A DNA stretch of 48,335 bases, taken from Candidatus Phoenicimicrobium oleiphilum. Lineage in GTDB: Bacteria; Atribacterota; Phoenicimicrobiia; Phoenicimicrobiales; Phoenicimicrobiaceae. The stretch is from assembly GCA_039638295.1 (NCBI GenBank), contig JBDIWJ010000008.1, positions 1 through 48,335 of the forward strand, given 5' to 3'. Shown here one piece after another: positions 8,938 to 19,300 of the stretch (its first letter is position 1; each line of letters begins with the position of its first letter). Under the pieces are notes generated by a model. It saw only the letters and a program-made list of their open reading frames with translations. It ran no database searches and was not told the DNA's origin. The position numbers and the translations under genes were made by a program.

Positions 8938-9912
8938 TTATCCAACCTGGCTGTAAGTAAGTGACCATTTGCCACATCTGTCACCCCATCGAGCAATCAA
9001 TTCATCTTCTATAAATATTTCTACTACTTCACAGTGATTAGGACAACCATCACATTCAAATCCTTGAGTACGATATTCTTTATCTACCAACTCAAATCCT
9101 CTAAAACTCGTTTCTTTTCCAGTATTTTCAATTTCTTCTTTAGCTAATAAAGCTGCTCCGATAGCCCCCATAACTTTATGGTATTCTGGGACAGTAACTT
9201 TTACTCCTAATTCCTTTTCAAAACTCTTTCTTATCCCAGAATTAGAAGCAACTCCTCCTTGAAAAAATATAGGAGGACAAATCTTTTTCCCTTTAGCCAC
9301 ATTATTTAAATAGTTTCTTACCAGTGCCTCACATAAACCAGCGATAATATCTTTTTTCTCGTAGCCTAATTGTTGTTTGTGAATCATATCTGATTCGGCA
9401 AACACGGTACATCTACCTGCTATCCTTACTGGATTAGTCGACTGTAAGGCATAATTTCCAAATTCTTCAATAGGAATTCTTAATCTATAAGCCTGCTGGT
9501 CCAAAAAGGAACCAGTCCCTGCTGCACAGATAGTATTCATTCCAAAATCGACTACAATTCCATTTTGCAATATTATTATTTTAGAATCCTGACCGCCAAT
9601 TTCAAAGATAGTACGAACCTGCGGATTAATATGTAAAGTGGCAATCGCCTGAGAAGTGATTTCATTTTTCACTACATCTGCTCCTACTACGGTTCCCGCT
9701 AATACTCGCCCACTTCCAGTAGTCCCTACACCTCTTACTTGAATAGAATCTAAAGAAATATTTTGCTTCATCTCTGCCATACCTTTTTTTATGGCTTCTA
9801 TAGGCTGCCCCTCAGTCCTGAGGTATACCTGATGTAAAACTTCTCCTTTTTCATTAATAAGAGCAAGGTTCGTACTTATCGAACCCACATCTATTCCTAA
9901 AAACTCTGCCAT
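8938..9912 (-). CDS. ASKHA [4Fe-4S] CoA-substrate enzyme activase (HgdC-like) with C-terminal Cys cluster
   Basis: GIDVGS, EIGGQDSK, CAAGTGSFLD, RCTVFAESD, FECDGCPNHC..GDRC. Confidence 0.9.
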   Translation of the reverse strand: MAEFLGIDVGSISTNLALINEKGEVLHQVYLRTEGQPIEAIKKGMAEMKQNISLDSIQVRGVGTTGSGRVLAGTVVGADVVKNEITSQAIATLHINPQVRTIFEIGGQDSKIIILQNGIVVDFGMNTICAAGTGSFLDQQAYRLRIPIEEFGNYALQSTNPVRIAGRCTVFAESDMIHKQQLGYEKKDIIAGLCEALVRNYLNNVAKGKKICPPIFFQGGVASNSGIRKSFEKELGVKVTVPEYHKVMGAIGAALLAKEEIENTGKETSFRGFELVDKEYRTQGFECDGCPNHCEVVEIFIEDELIARWGDRCGKWSLTYSQVG

Positions 9913-9982
9913 TTTTTCACCTCCCAGAATACATTCATACTTGATTACACAGATTAAATAAATATATAATTACTCAGATTAA

Positions 9983-11104
9983 TTACGATGCCAATCTCCT
10001 TGCAGTAAGATGCCTATCATATTTTTTCGACTTCAAAAGGTCTATAAAGGCCTCTAATCTGGTATTTAAACCTTCTTCTCCCGTCTGTTCATCAAAAATT
10101 AAAGTAAGTACCGGGAAATCAAGGTCCTCGCTCACTTTTTTATTAACAGTCTCAGCTACGATCTCTGGCATACAAGTAAAGGGTACTACCTGAATAGCTC
10201 CATCAAATCCCTTTTCTGAGGCAAGTACTACATTACCCACCGTAGGTTGCCCTTCTCCACCTACCGATTGAGGAAGATAGGGGTTAGCTGCTTTCTCAAT
10301 AGGATTTTTTTCTTTTTGGTATCCAACTTTTAAGAAATTTAAACTGAATACAGAAGTAATCCAGGGTTTAATACTTACCCCTCTTTCTACTTCTACTCCT
10401 AAATAACCGAGTTTCTCCTCAATATTATGATTAACAAAAGGTTCAAGAGCTACATAAAATTCCCCCACTAATTTTACCTTGATTAGCTCTTTATTTTTCT
10501 TTACTTTTATCTTATTAAAATCATCTATAATCTGTTGCTTAATCCTTTCTATCTCTCCAATGGAATTAGTATTATCAATTAAAGAAAGACCCTTTTTAAG
10601 TATTCGAGAGGTTTCCCCTTTTATATTTTCTCGAGGCCTGATCCTTAAAGCCTCTTTCTCTAATTCCTCTATAGCAACAACTTTGCTCCAGGCAATCTCT
10701 CCCGCATTAATTAAAGAAGACAATGATTGTTTATTTCGAAGTAAATTTACATATCTTAATATACGAATAAGATTTCCCCGGGGAACTTCCAAAACAATCA
10801 TTTCAAATTTATAGCCTAAACTTTTTAAAATCATTCTTTGAATCTCAGCATAATATCCGAATCTGCAGGGTCCCCATCCTCCCACCATTATAATTGTATC
10901 TGCTCCTTTTTCTAAAGCCTCAATAAAATTACCCAGCACAATCTTTAAAGGAAGGCAACAATACTCCGGCGCATATCGTACCCCTAAGTCAAGAGTTCTC
11001 TTAGTATTAGATGGTGGCAGGATAACTTCGTGCCCCAGATTAGAAAGTAACGATTTCCCAGCAATAGAAGCAAGATTGCCTAAATTAGGTATGGTTACTT
11101 TCAT
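9983..11104 (-). CDS. Activase-associated 2-hydroxyacyl-CoA dehydratase-like protein
   Basis: PEYCCLPLK, GPCRFGYY, PFTCMPE, DEQTGEEGLNTRLEAF. Confidence 0.8.
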   Translation of the reverse strand: MKVTIPNLGNLASIAGKSLLSNLGHEVILPPSNTKRTLDLGVRYAPEYCCLPLKIVLGNFIEALEKGADTIIMVGGWGPCRFGYYAEIQRMILKSLGYKFEMIVLEVPRGNLIRILRYVNLLRNKQSLSSLINAGEIAWSKVVAIEELEKEALRIRPRENIKGETSRILKKGLSLIDNTNSIGEIERIKQQIIDDFNKIKVKKNKELIKVKLVGEFYVALEPFVNHNIEEKLGYLGVEVERGVSIKPWITSVFSLNFLKVGYQKEKNPIEKAANPYLPQSVGGEGQPTVGNVVLASEKGFDGAIQVVPFTCMPEIVAETVNKKVSEDLDFPVLTLIFDEQTGEEGLNTRLEAFIDLLKSKKYDRHLTARRLAS

Positions 11105-12077
11105 ATCTTTTCCTCCTTATAATCATATCTAAAAAGGCTTCTGTTCGAGTATCAATCCCTGCCTCTCCAGTGTGTTCATCAAATACAAACTCTGTATATG
11201 CCACTGTCGGATATTTAAGACTTTCCTGCCGAATTAATTCTCCAATCATAGAATCTTCACCACATTCAAAAGAAGTAAGATGAATTATCCCGTCAATTCT
11301 CTTTTCCAGGAAATAAAAAGCTGAACCTACTATCTTTTTAGAAAGAGTCCAGAAAATGGGTTTATGTAATCTTTTAAGCTTCCTTTCTATATCTTGCTTT
11401 CTCACCATTTCAGCAGTTAAGACATTTATTTTAGTCTTTTTTAATTTAGAAATTAAATTTAAATTAATAAAAGCATCATAAACCAGATAAGAATGACCTA
11501 AAAGAGCAATATTAAGAGGATTTTTCATATTATTTTGGAGTAATTTTGTGCTATATTGCTGGTTAATATTAATAATTTCAGGATTTAATTCATTTTCTTT
11601 TGATTGTAAATATAAATGAAAGCTTTTCTGCGCTTCATAAAAAGATTGATATATCTTTTTAGAATTATTGCTAATTAATTTTCCAACTGCTAAAAAGGAA
11701 TTTTTAAAACTGGTAGCTGATTTTCTTATATCTATAGTAGGTTCAATAAGGGGTGGAAGAGAAGAAAGAGAACTTTTAACCATATCAGGAAGGCCCAGGA
11801 ATTTAGGACAAAAATAAGCGCCCTTTTCCACACAGACCATCCGGGGGATAAACAGATAATCTACTCTATCTTTTAAACTCATTACATGGCCATAAAATAC
11901 TTTGACCGGAAAACAAATTTCACTGATAGCTGACTTTACTCCTAAATCGAGTATCTCTTTGGTGGTAGGACCAGAGATAATTACTTCAGCTCCTAAACTC
12001 TCTAAAAAATTTTTCCACAGAGGAAAATATTCATAATAAAGTAATGCCTGTGGTATTCCAATTTTTAAATTTCCCAT
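11085..12077 (-). CDS. DUF2229 CoA-activase-associated protein
   Basis: KIGIPQAL, EICFPVK..GH, CPKFLGLPD, SFECG, DEHTGEAG..TRTEAF; start moved to the ATG at 12077 with GGAG RBS. Confidence 0.8.
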   Translation of the reverse strand: MGNLKIGIPQALLYYEYFPLWKNFLESLGAEVIISGPTTKEILDLGVKSAISEICFPVKVFYGHVMSLKDRVDYLFIPRMVCVEKGAYFCPKFLGLPDMVKSSLSSLPPLIEPTIDIRKSATSFKNSFLAVGKLISNNSKKIYQSFYEAQKSFHLYLQSKENELNPEIININQQYSTKLLQNNMKNPLNIALLGHSYLVYDAFINLNLISKLKKTKINVLTAEMVRKQDIERKLKRLHKPIFWTLSKKIVGSAFYFLEKRIDGIIHLTSFECGEDSMIGELIRQESLKYPTVAYTEFVFDEHTGEAGIDTRTEAFLDMIIRRKRYESNHT

Positions 12078-12094
12078 AATTTTACATCTCCATA

Positions 12095-12121
12095 TGAAAC
12101 AGGTGACGGTTCTCTGTTTCA
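12095..12121. repeat. Short palindromic unit TGAAACAG-GTGACGGTTCT-CTGTTTCA
   Basis: 8-bp stem hairpin between pcm and the DUF2229 gene. Confidence 0.4.
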
Positions 12122-12126
12122 GTTCT

Positions 12127-12906
12127 TTATCTGCTATGCCCAATCATGGGAACAAATCTTACCCCGATAATACCTTTAGATTTTACTTCTCCTTTTATCT
12201 TTTCTATTTTCATTAAGGTCTGTACCATCCATATCCCCCCAACAGGTATGACCATTCGCCCGCCATCTTCTCTAATCTGTTGAATAAGGGGTGGTGGGAC
12301 ATGATCTGGGGCACAGGTTACTATAATGGCATCATAAGGGGTATATTCTTCCCAGCCATAGTAACCATCCCCGATTTTAAAATGGATGTTTTTATAACCT
12401 AAATCTTTTATTAATTTTTCTGATTTTTTAGAAAGACTTTCATATATTTCTACTGTATAAACTTCTTTCACTATCTCAGCTAAGACTGCAGCTTGATATC
12501 CAGAGCCCGTTCCTATCTCTAAGACTTTCTCCTCTCCCTTTAAATCTAAAAGTTGAGTCATTAAAGCAACAATATAAGGTTGGGAAATAGTTTGGCCTTC
12601 TCCTATAGGAAGAGGATAATCATTATAAGCTGATTCTCTAATGTGTTCATCAACAAATTTGTGGCGGGGAACGGTGAGCATTGCTTGTAAGACTTTGGGA
12701 TCGGTAATATCTCTACCCTGCAACTGATTTATTACCATATCCTGTCTTCTCTGAGTAAATATTTCTTCTTTATCTTCTTCTTGATCCTGTTTTTCTTCTA
12801 TATATTCTTTATAAACATCTATTTCGTCAATTTTATCATGTTCATAAATGACTATTAATAATAATATTAAAAATATTAACGATATAAAAACAAGGGGTTT
12901 CTTCAT
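12127..12906 (-). CDS. pcm: Protein-L-isoaspartate O-methyltransferase with N-terminal hydrophobic anchor
   Basis: VPRHKF, LPIGEGQTISQPY, VLEIGTGSGYQAA, PYDAIIVT, VRFVPM. Confidence 0.92.
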   Translation of the reverse strand: MKKPLVFISLIFLILLLIVIYEHDKIDEIDVYKEYIEEKQDQEEDKEEIFTQRRQDMVINQLQGRDITDPKVLQAMLTVPRHKFVDEHIRESAYNDYPLPIGEGQTISQPYIVALMTQLLDLKGEEKVLEIGTGSGYQAAVLAEIVKEVYTVEIYESLSKKSEKLIKDLGYKNIHFKIGDGYYGWEEYTPYDAIIVTCAPDHVPPPLIQQIREDGGRMVIPVGGIWMVQTLMKIEKIKGEVKSKGIIGVRFVPMIGHSR

Positions 12907-13041
12907 TCAAAACACCCTCTTTTTTAAATCTCATAAATTATTAAATTACAACTTTTTATCTAATTCTTAGAAATGTGCAGAATAAAACTTTTCTTTTTCA
13001 GTTTTATTATATCAAATTTTAGCAAACATAGTAAAGAATAA

Positions 13042-13250
13042 TATAGTTTTTCTAAAAAGCCAAAAATATTTTCAACAGGCTATGTATCTGATTATATTAC
13101 AAGCAATTTTATAGCAAATTATGATTTTTAGTTATAATTATGTTGTAGGGGCACAATGAATTGTGCCCTCTCCATATTATTTTTAATTTCTCCTGTGGGC
13201 ACGATGCATCGTGCCCCTACCTTACTATTTTGTGTGCTTTTTGGGTTATA
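13042..13250 (+). repeat. ~210-bp composite dispersed element, copy 1
   Basis: Contains GTAGGGGCACAATGAATTGTGCCC ... GGGCACGATGCATCGTGCCCCTAC (13145-13220) and ends CTTTTTGGGTTATA. Confidence 0.9.
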
Positions 13251-14406
13251 TTCTGCTTTTGGCAACTTCTTTAATTAGTTGTAAAGCGATGATTTCTCTT
13301 TGTATCTGATTAGTTCCCTCATAAATTTGAGTAATCTTGGCATCTCTCATCCTTTTCTCTACGGGATAATCCTTCATATAGCCATAACCACCAAAAATTT
13401 GTACTGCATCGGTAGTAACTTTCATTGCTATATCAGAAGCAAATAGTTTAGTCATTGACGATATTTTAGAAATATCTTTCGCTCCACTATCAATATAGCG
13501 AGCTCCCGTATATAGTAAAGCTCGAGCTGCTTCAATTTGAGTTGCCATATCAGCTAACATAAATTGAATCCCCTGGAAGGATGAGATAGGTTTCCCGAAT
13601 TGAATCCGTTCTCGGGCATATTTCACCGCATCATCCAACGCTCCCTGGGCAATTCCTACGGCCTGAGCCGCCACTCCCGGTCTCGACTTATCCAAGGTTT
13701 TCATTGCCACCAAAAAGCCCATACCTTCCCTTCCTATTAAATTTTCTTTAGGGATTCGACAATCATTAAAAATTAGCTCTCGAGTTGCGGAACAACGAAT
13801 TCCCATCTTATTCTCTTTTTTACCAAAGCCAAACCCAGGTGTATCCTTCTCTACTATAAAAGCCGAAGCACCACGACTACCCTTTGCCCTATCAGTTATA
13901 GCAATTACTGTATAAATTTCCGCTTCTCCGCCGTTGGTAATCCACTGTTTGTTGCCATTTAGAATATAATAATCACCATCACGAACTGCAGTTGTGCGAA
14001 TGCCTCCTGCATCACTACCAGCATCTGATTCCGTCAAGGCAAAGGCGGTCAATTTTTCCCCCTTAGCTATTGCTGGAAGATACTTCTTTTTTTGTTCTTC
14101 TGAACCAAATAATATAATAGGATAAGTCCCTAAGGCACTTGCAGCATAAGATACAGAAACTCCAGCACAAGCTTTACTTAATTCTTCTATTACAATGCAC
14201 AGATCCAAAACACCCTTACCTAACCCGCTATATTCCTCCGGGACAAATAAGGCAAAGAGATCTGATTCTGCGAATAACTTCATTAACTCCCAGGGAAATT
14301 CCCCTTTTTCATCTAACTCAGCAGCTACTGGGGCAACCTTTTCCTGGGCAATTTGTTTTACTAAATCTCTTATCATCTCTTGTTCTTCATTTAAAAAATA
14401 GTTCAT
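13246..14406 (-). CDS. Acyl-CoA (butyryl-CoA-like) dehydrogenase
   Basis: FALTESDAGSD, NGNKQWITNG, KENKMGIR, QIFGGYGY, IYEGTNQIQ. Confidence 0.95.
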   Translation of the reverse strand: MNYFLNEEQEMIRDLVKQIAQEKVAPVAAELDEKGEFPWELMKLFAESDLFALFVPEEYSGLGKGVLDLCIVIEELSKACAGVSVSYAASALGTYPIILFGSEEQKKKYLPAIAKGEKLTAFALTESDAGSDAGGIRTTAVRDGDYYILNGNKQWITNGGEAEIYTVIAITDRAKGSRGASAFIVEKDTPGFGFGKKENKMGIRCSATRELIFNDCRIPKENLIGREGMGFLVAMKTLDKSRPGVAAQAVGIAQGALDDAVKYARERIQFGKPISSFQGIQFMLADMATQIEAARALLYTGARYIDSGAKDISKISSMTKLFASDIAMKVTTDAVQIFGGYGYMKDYPVEKRMRDAKITQIYEGTNQIQREIIALQLIKEVAKSRI

Positions 14407-14464
14407 TGATTCTTCCTCCTTATACTTAAAATAAATATTTTGAAACTCATTGTTCTTATTACAT

Positions 14465-14658
14465 TATGGTTATTTCCCGAAAAGTCAAAAACTTTCCCTA
14501 GGTTAATAATATAGTATGCTATAATTAATTTTATAGCAAATTATAGCTTTTTAGTTATAATTATGTTGTCGGGCACAATGAATTTTGCCCTCGCCATATT
14601 ATTACTTAAATTCTCCTGTAGCACGATGCATCGTGCCTCTACTTTACTATTTTGTCTA
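14465..14658 (+). repeat. Composite dispersed element, copy 2 (right end clipped)
   Basis: TATGGTTATTTCCCGAAAAG left end; REP doublet 14568-14642. Confidence 0.88.
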
Positions 14659-15792
14659 CTTCTCCTCCTTAAACTCCCTGGCAAAATCAATCCTCTTACC
14701 AATAGAAGGGTGACTATAAAAAAGAAATTCAATAAGAGGATGAGGATAGGCATCAGCTAAATCACGATTGGTAAACTTAGCCATAGAGGTTATAAAAGAA
14801 TCTACCTTTTTAGTTATTTTTAAGGCAAATTCATCAGCCTGTTGTTCCCTTTTTCTGGAATTAAGATTAAGAGGGATACTGAATAAGAAAAGAACAATTC
14901 CTATAGATAGAGCCAAAAAGGGAAAGTTAGAAATATCACTTATTTCATAGTTTAAATAAAAACTGAGCTTTTTTAAAATAATATTGGTAAAATAAAATGC
15001 AGCTAAATACATTAAACTTACCCAAAATATTCCTTTTAGGACATCTCTATGAACAAAATGACCTAATTCGTGAGCAAACACCACCTCTGCTTCATCAAGA
15101 GTAAAATTTTCCAAAAGATTATCTGCTATTACAATCCGTCGAGTATTCCCTAAACCAGAAAGATAAGCATTAGCTTTAGTAGTCTTTGAGCTAAAATTTA
15201 TTTCATAAACCCCTTTAACCCTGGTATTCACTTTATCGCATAATCCAATTAATCTTTGAGCTAATTCATTATCTCCTTCTATCTTTCTCAATTTAAAAAA
15301 AAGTGGAGTCAATAATATTGGGGAAAGATAGTTCAAAAAAACGACCAAAATAATAGTAAAAACAGAAACTACTAAATACCAATTTTGGGGGAATGTTCTG
15401 ATAGCCCAATAAATTCCTTCAACAACAGGAATAGCTAAAACTAAACTTAAGATATAACTTTTTAACCAATCCGTAAACCAATCTTTTAATGTCTGGGTAG
15501 AAAAATGATATTTGTGTTCAAATGTATAAGAGGCATAAAATTCTAACGGCAACGAAATTAAATCATAAAGAGTTAAGATAAAAAAGACATACAAGGCAAT
15601 AACCTGCCACTTAATATTAGTAAAATATAATATTTTTTCTTTAATCAGAAAGGAAAGATTGCTAAATATTAATATTAAAAAATAAGCTAAAAAGAGAGTG
15701 GTTCCAATTATTTTAAAAATTATTTTTTTCTTTTGATAGTCTTTCGCTTGTTTTTGTTTATTTTTATCGATAACTTCATTATATCCCATCAA
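14656..15792 (-). CDS. M48 (Ste24/HtpX-like) membrane zinc metallopeptidase
   Basis: ANAYLSG, AHELGH, EQQADEFA, YSHP..KRI. Confidence 0.92.
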   Translation of the reverse strand: MMGYNEVIDKNKQKQAKDYQKKKIIFKIIGTTLFLAYFLILIFSNLSFLIKEKILYFTNIKWQVIALYVFFILTLYDLISLPLEFYASYTFEHKYHFSTQTLKDWFTDWLKSYILSLVLAIPVVEGIYWAIRTFPQNWYLVVSVFTIILVVFLNYLSPILLTPLFFKLRKIEGDNELAQRLIGLCDKVNTRVKGVYEINFSSKTTKANAYLSGLGNTRRIVIADNLLENFTLDEAEVVFAHELGHFVHRDVLKGIFWVSLMYLAAFYFTNIILKKLSFYLNYEISDISNFPFLALSIGIVLFLFSIPLNLNSRKREQQADEFALKITKKVDSFITSMAKFTNRDLADAYPHPLIEFLFYSHPSIGKRIDFAREFKEEK

Positions 15793-15798
15793 TTTATT

Positions 15799-16992
15799 TT
15801 AACTCCTGAAGAGGACTTCTTCTTTGGTAAAAAGACGGGTAGACTCCAGAAGAGCAAACCCAGCAATTATCGTATTAGCACTAAAAGTAGTTATAATATG
15901 ATCCCAGCAAATCTTACCCATCAACAGTTCTTTAAAAACAAAACTACTATTTAAGACCGGAACTAAAAACATTTTACTAGTCAGTTCTATTCCCTGACTT
16001 ATAGAAATTATTCCCAAAAAGATAGTCAGCATATAAATAGGGGTGATATAACTCGAGGCTTCCCTAATATTGCGAGCAAATATTCCTACCATAACCAATA
16101 CTGCGCTAGCTAAACCGACTAAAGGTAATAAAACTAAAAAAATTAAAAAGATAGTATTAATAGATATCCCAAATTTCGCACCCTCAATACCTCCAGCAAT
16201 AGAAGCACCCGATAAAAATGCAAGAGTAAGCCCGAGAAGTCCCAAAACCATACTGGTAAAAGAAATGAACATTACTGCAAAACATTTACCCAATACTATC
16301 TCTAATCTGCTTATCTGACTTACTAATAGAGTAGCAATAGTTCCTCTTTCTTTCTCGCCAGCAGTTAAATCTACGGCTGTATGCATCGCCCCAATAAAGA
16401 TGAGAATTATAATTAAATAAGGGAGTAAAACTGCTAAAAATGAACCAGCTATCTTCTCGGCAGTGGCTATATTTTCTTCTTTTAGAATCAAGGGGGTAAT
16501 AAATTCCTCTTTTAAACCTAGATGAGAAAGCCTCTGTAAAACTATTTCACCTTTATATTTTTCAATTATTTGATTAATTCTTTTCTGAGCTATTCTTGAT
16601 TTTGCCTCTGTGGCATCGTATTTTAAGATGAGCACACCAGCTCCTCCCTGTTCAATTTTATACTTAAAATCTGAAGGAATCTCCAATACTGCTTGAACAT
16701 CCCCATTTTCCAATTTGGAGGAAGAATTTTCTTTTATATTAAGAATTTCAATCTTTTCATTGCCTTGAAAATATTTTACTAATTGAGGGGCAAATTCCGC
16801 ACCGTATATTATAATATTTGAAGTAGCTTCTTCTGATTTCATACTTCCTAACTTATTAAAATAACCAATTCCTGTAAACAAGAGAGGATAAAAGATTAAA
16901 GGAATTATTATCATAGCAATTATAGTTCTCCTATCTCGTATGGTTCCCACTAATTCTTTAACAAAGATAAGTCTAATATTTTTCCAGCTCAT
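15799..16992 (-). CDS. natB: ABC-2 permease, NatB-like
   Basis: IRDRRT, AGEKERGTIATLL, TM helices. Confidence 0.8.
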   Translation of the reverse strand: MSWKNIRLIFVKELVGTIRDRRTIIAMIIIPLIFYPLLFTGIGYFNKLGSMKSEEATSNIIIYGAEFAPQLVKYFQGNEKIEILNIKENSSSKLENGDVQAVLEIPSDFKYKIEQGGAGVLILKYDATEAKSRIAQKRINQIIEKYKGEIVLQRLSHLGLKEEFITPLILKEENIATAEKIAGSFLAVLLPYLIIILIFIGAMHTAVDLTAGEKERGTIATLLVSQISRLEIVLGKCFAVMFISFTSMVLGLLGLTLAFLSGASIAGGIEGAKFGISINTIFLIFLVLLPLVGLASAVLVMVGIFARNIREASSYITPIYMLTIFLGIISISQGIELTSKMFLVPVLNSSFVFKELLMGKICWDHIITTFSANTIIAGFALLESTRLFTKEEVLFRS

Positions 16993-17735
16993 TTTAAATT
17001 CTCTCCCTGATTTATTAATCCAAAAAATATTTCTTCTAAATCGTCAGATAAAGAATTCTTTTTCAACTCTTCTAATGTTCCCTTTGCAATGATATTGCCT
17101 TGATGAATAATCGCGATCACGTCACACAATTTTTCCGCTTCCCGCATAATATGAGTAGAATAGATGATACACTTCCCCTCTTCTTTAAATTTTTTAACAT
17201 ATTCAATTACTGTTCTTGCCGTAATTATATCTAATCCCACTGTAGGTTCGTCTAAAATTAATATAGGTGGGTTATGAATAATACTTCTGGCGATGGAAAG
17301 TTTCTGTTTCATTCCGGTGGAGAGTTTATTTACTCTGACATCCTGAAAATCTTCCATATCTAAATTACGAAAGATTTCAGCCATTCTTTTTTCAATAATT
17401 TTATCTTCTATCCCATTAATCCGACCAAAAAATTTTACAGTCTCTCGAGGAGTAAAGCGGTCATATAATCCTGTTTCGCTGGATAAAAATCCTATATGTC
17501 TTCTTACTTTATTGGCATCTTTAACTACATCAAATCCGTTTACCTCTGCTTTACCCTGCGTAGGAACCATCATAGTAGCTAAAATACGTAGAGTGGTGGT
17601 CTTACCCGCCCCATTCGGACCTAATAAACCAAATATTTGCCCTTTCTGGCACTCAAATTTCAAATTATTAATTGCTACTACCTTACCTCTTTTTTTATCC
17701 TTGAATATCTTAGTCAATCCTTCGACTTGAATCAT
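16989..17735 (-). CDS. natA: ABC ATP-binding protein, NatA-like
   Basis: GPNGAGKTT, LSTGMKQK, LDEPT; likely start MIQVEG at 17735. Confidence 0.85.
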   Translation of the reverse strand: MIQVEGLTKIFKDKKRGKVVAINNLKFECQKGQIFGLLGPNGAGKTTTLRILATMMVPTQGKAEVNGFDVVKDANKVRRHIGFLSSETGLYDRFTPRETVKFFGRINGIEDKIIEKRMAEIFRNLDMEDFQDVRVNKLSTGMKQKLSIARSIIHNPPILILDEPTVGLDIITARTVIEYVKKFKEEGKCIIYSTHIMREAEKLCDVIAIIHQGNIIAKGTLEELKKNSLSDDLEEIFFGLINQGENLK

Positions 17736-17780
17736 CTTTATATCTATGTCCTTTCTTCTAAACTGCAAATCTTATTAAAC

Positions 17781-18005
17781 TAAAATTAAAGTCAAAAGTG
17801 AAAAACTTATAGAGCATATAGCATGCAGTGTAGAGCGTAGAAGGCGGATTCGTCCCCCTCGAAACAGGTTCGATGAATTGAATCCCTACCTCCTAAGTAT
17901 CCTCCCCTAATAATTTTCTAACTCCTGAATTCTGGTTCCTGATTTCTTCTTTGCGATATACGATTCACGATATACAAGATACGGAAATGGCTCCTGAATA
18001 CTATA
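17781..18005. repeat. Mosaic of heptamer tandem repeats plus REP doublet (17837-17889)
   Basis: TAGAGCA/TATAGCA/TAGAGCG, ACTCCTG/AATTCTG/GTTCCTG, GCGATAT/ACGATTC/ACGATAT; GTAGAAGGCGGATTCGTCC...GATGAATTGAATCCCTAC. Confidence 0.7.
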
Positions 18006-18021
18006 TCCCTTATTAATCTAT

Positions 18022-19179
18022 TTAAAACTTTTCTAAAGCATTTATAATTTCTTCTTTTACTTCTTTATCTTTTTCTATATTCAGAACCTTTTCTAAGGCA
18101 AATTTCGCCTTTCTCCCTCCAATTTTACCCAGAGCCCAGGCAGTATGACCCCTTACTAAGGGACTATCACCTTCATATAAGATTTTAATCAAAGGAGCAA
18201 CAGCCCGTGTATCTCCGATATCACCCAAAGCCAGAACGGCATTTCTTTTAATTGCTTCTCTTGTCCTCATAGCAATCTGATTATAAGCAAAATAATTTTG
18301 AAATTCCTCTTCAGTAATGGTAAGTAAAGGTATTAACGGAATTTTTGAACCAATATATCCAAATTTGGGTCTATATTTTTTAAGTTTTACTTTATCGTTC
18401 CGAGGGCAGACCTCCTGGCAGGTAGTACAACCATACAACCTGTCCCCCCATTTTTCTCGAAAAGCTAAAGGCACTTTTATCGGTCTTTCAGAAATATACT
18501 GCAAACATCTGGTACGATCAATTATGTACGGAGAAACTATAGCCTTAGTCGGACATAAATCAATACATATGCTACAATTACCACAATCTCGCTGAAGAGG
18601 CTTATCTGTTTCCAACTCCAGCTCAGTTATAATTTCTCCTAAAACTACCCAGGAACCAAACTTTTCGGTTATTATTATTCCATGCTTTCCATACCAGCCA
18701 ATTCCAGCTCTCTGAGCAATCGGTTTTTCTACTAAAGATACATAACAAGATTTGTTTTTAGATCTATACTTAAAATTGGTTTCCTGATTTATAAAATCAA
18801 TTATTTTTTTTAGTTTTAATTTTACCTCATAATAAAAATTGCCCACATCATATTTAGCAATCTTCCCATACAGTTGTTCTTTGTCTGGAATATCTTCTAC
18901 CTCTTCTATTAAATAACACTGAGCAACACTAATTATAGATTTTGCTCTTTTTAAAATGCTTTTTGGGTTACATCTTTTACTAATTTTATTTAGATTTAAT
19001 TGCTTTTCAGTTTTCGAAATATATTTTGGGTTACAATAATTATCTTTAGGAATGTAGCCTTTTTCTATACTTTTTATAATTTGCTTTTCTGTTTCTGGAA
19101 AAGCTTGGGTATTGGTAATTCTAATTACATCCAGACCTATTTCTTCACCAAACTCTTTTATTTGGCAAACTAACGACAT
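18022..19179 (-). CDS. queG: tRNA epoxyqueuosine reductase with C-terminal HEAT repeats
   Basis: EKPIAQRAGIGWYGK, FGSWVVLGE, CGNCSICIDLCPT, YGCTTCQEVCP, VRGHTAWALG. Confidence 0.9.
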   Translation of the reverse strand: MSLVCQIKEFGEEIGLDVIRITNTQAFPETEKQIIKSIEKGYIPKDNYCNPKYISKTEKQLNLNKISKRCNPKSILKRAKSIISVAQCYLIEEVEDIPDKEQLYGKIAKYDVGNFYYEVKLKLKKIIDFINQETNFKYRSKNKSCYVSLVEKPIAQRAGIGWYGKHGIIITEKFGSWVVLGEIITELELETDKPLQRDCGNCSICIDLCPTKAIVSPYIIDRTRCLQYISERPIKVPLAFREKWGDRLYGCTTCQEVCPRNDKVKLKKYRPKFGYIGSKIPLIPLLTITEEEFQNYFAYNQIAMRTREAIKRNAVLALGDIGDTRAVAPLIKILYEGDSPLVRGHTAWALGKIGGRKAKFALEKVLNIEKDKEVKEEIINALEKF

Positions 19180-19190
19180 AAAAAAACTCC

Positions 19191-19300
19191 TAATCTAATT
19201 CTCCCATTACCCAATTAACCAATTCACCAATTAAAAGCACAAAAGGTTGCAAGATGCACCTTATTTCTATCTTTATCTTTTCCTCACTAAATACTAACGA
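19191..19300. repeat. Octamer and heptamer tandem repeats
   Basis: ATTCTCCC ATTACCCA ATTAACCA ATTCACCA; TCACTAA ATACTAA CGACTA. Confidence 0.55.

Noticed and set aside
13145..13220. REP doublet as a conserved structured ncRNA or terminator
   Set aside because: Substitutions among copies mostly break pairing rather than covary, there is no U-tract, and orientation is independent of transcription.
14541..14760. Short ORFs 14541..14753 and 14563..14760
   Set aside because: They overlap the repeat element and the peptidase 3' end; no RBS or recognisable domain.
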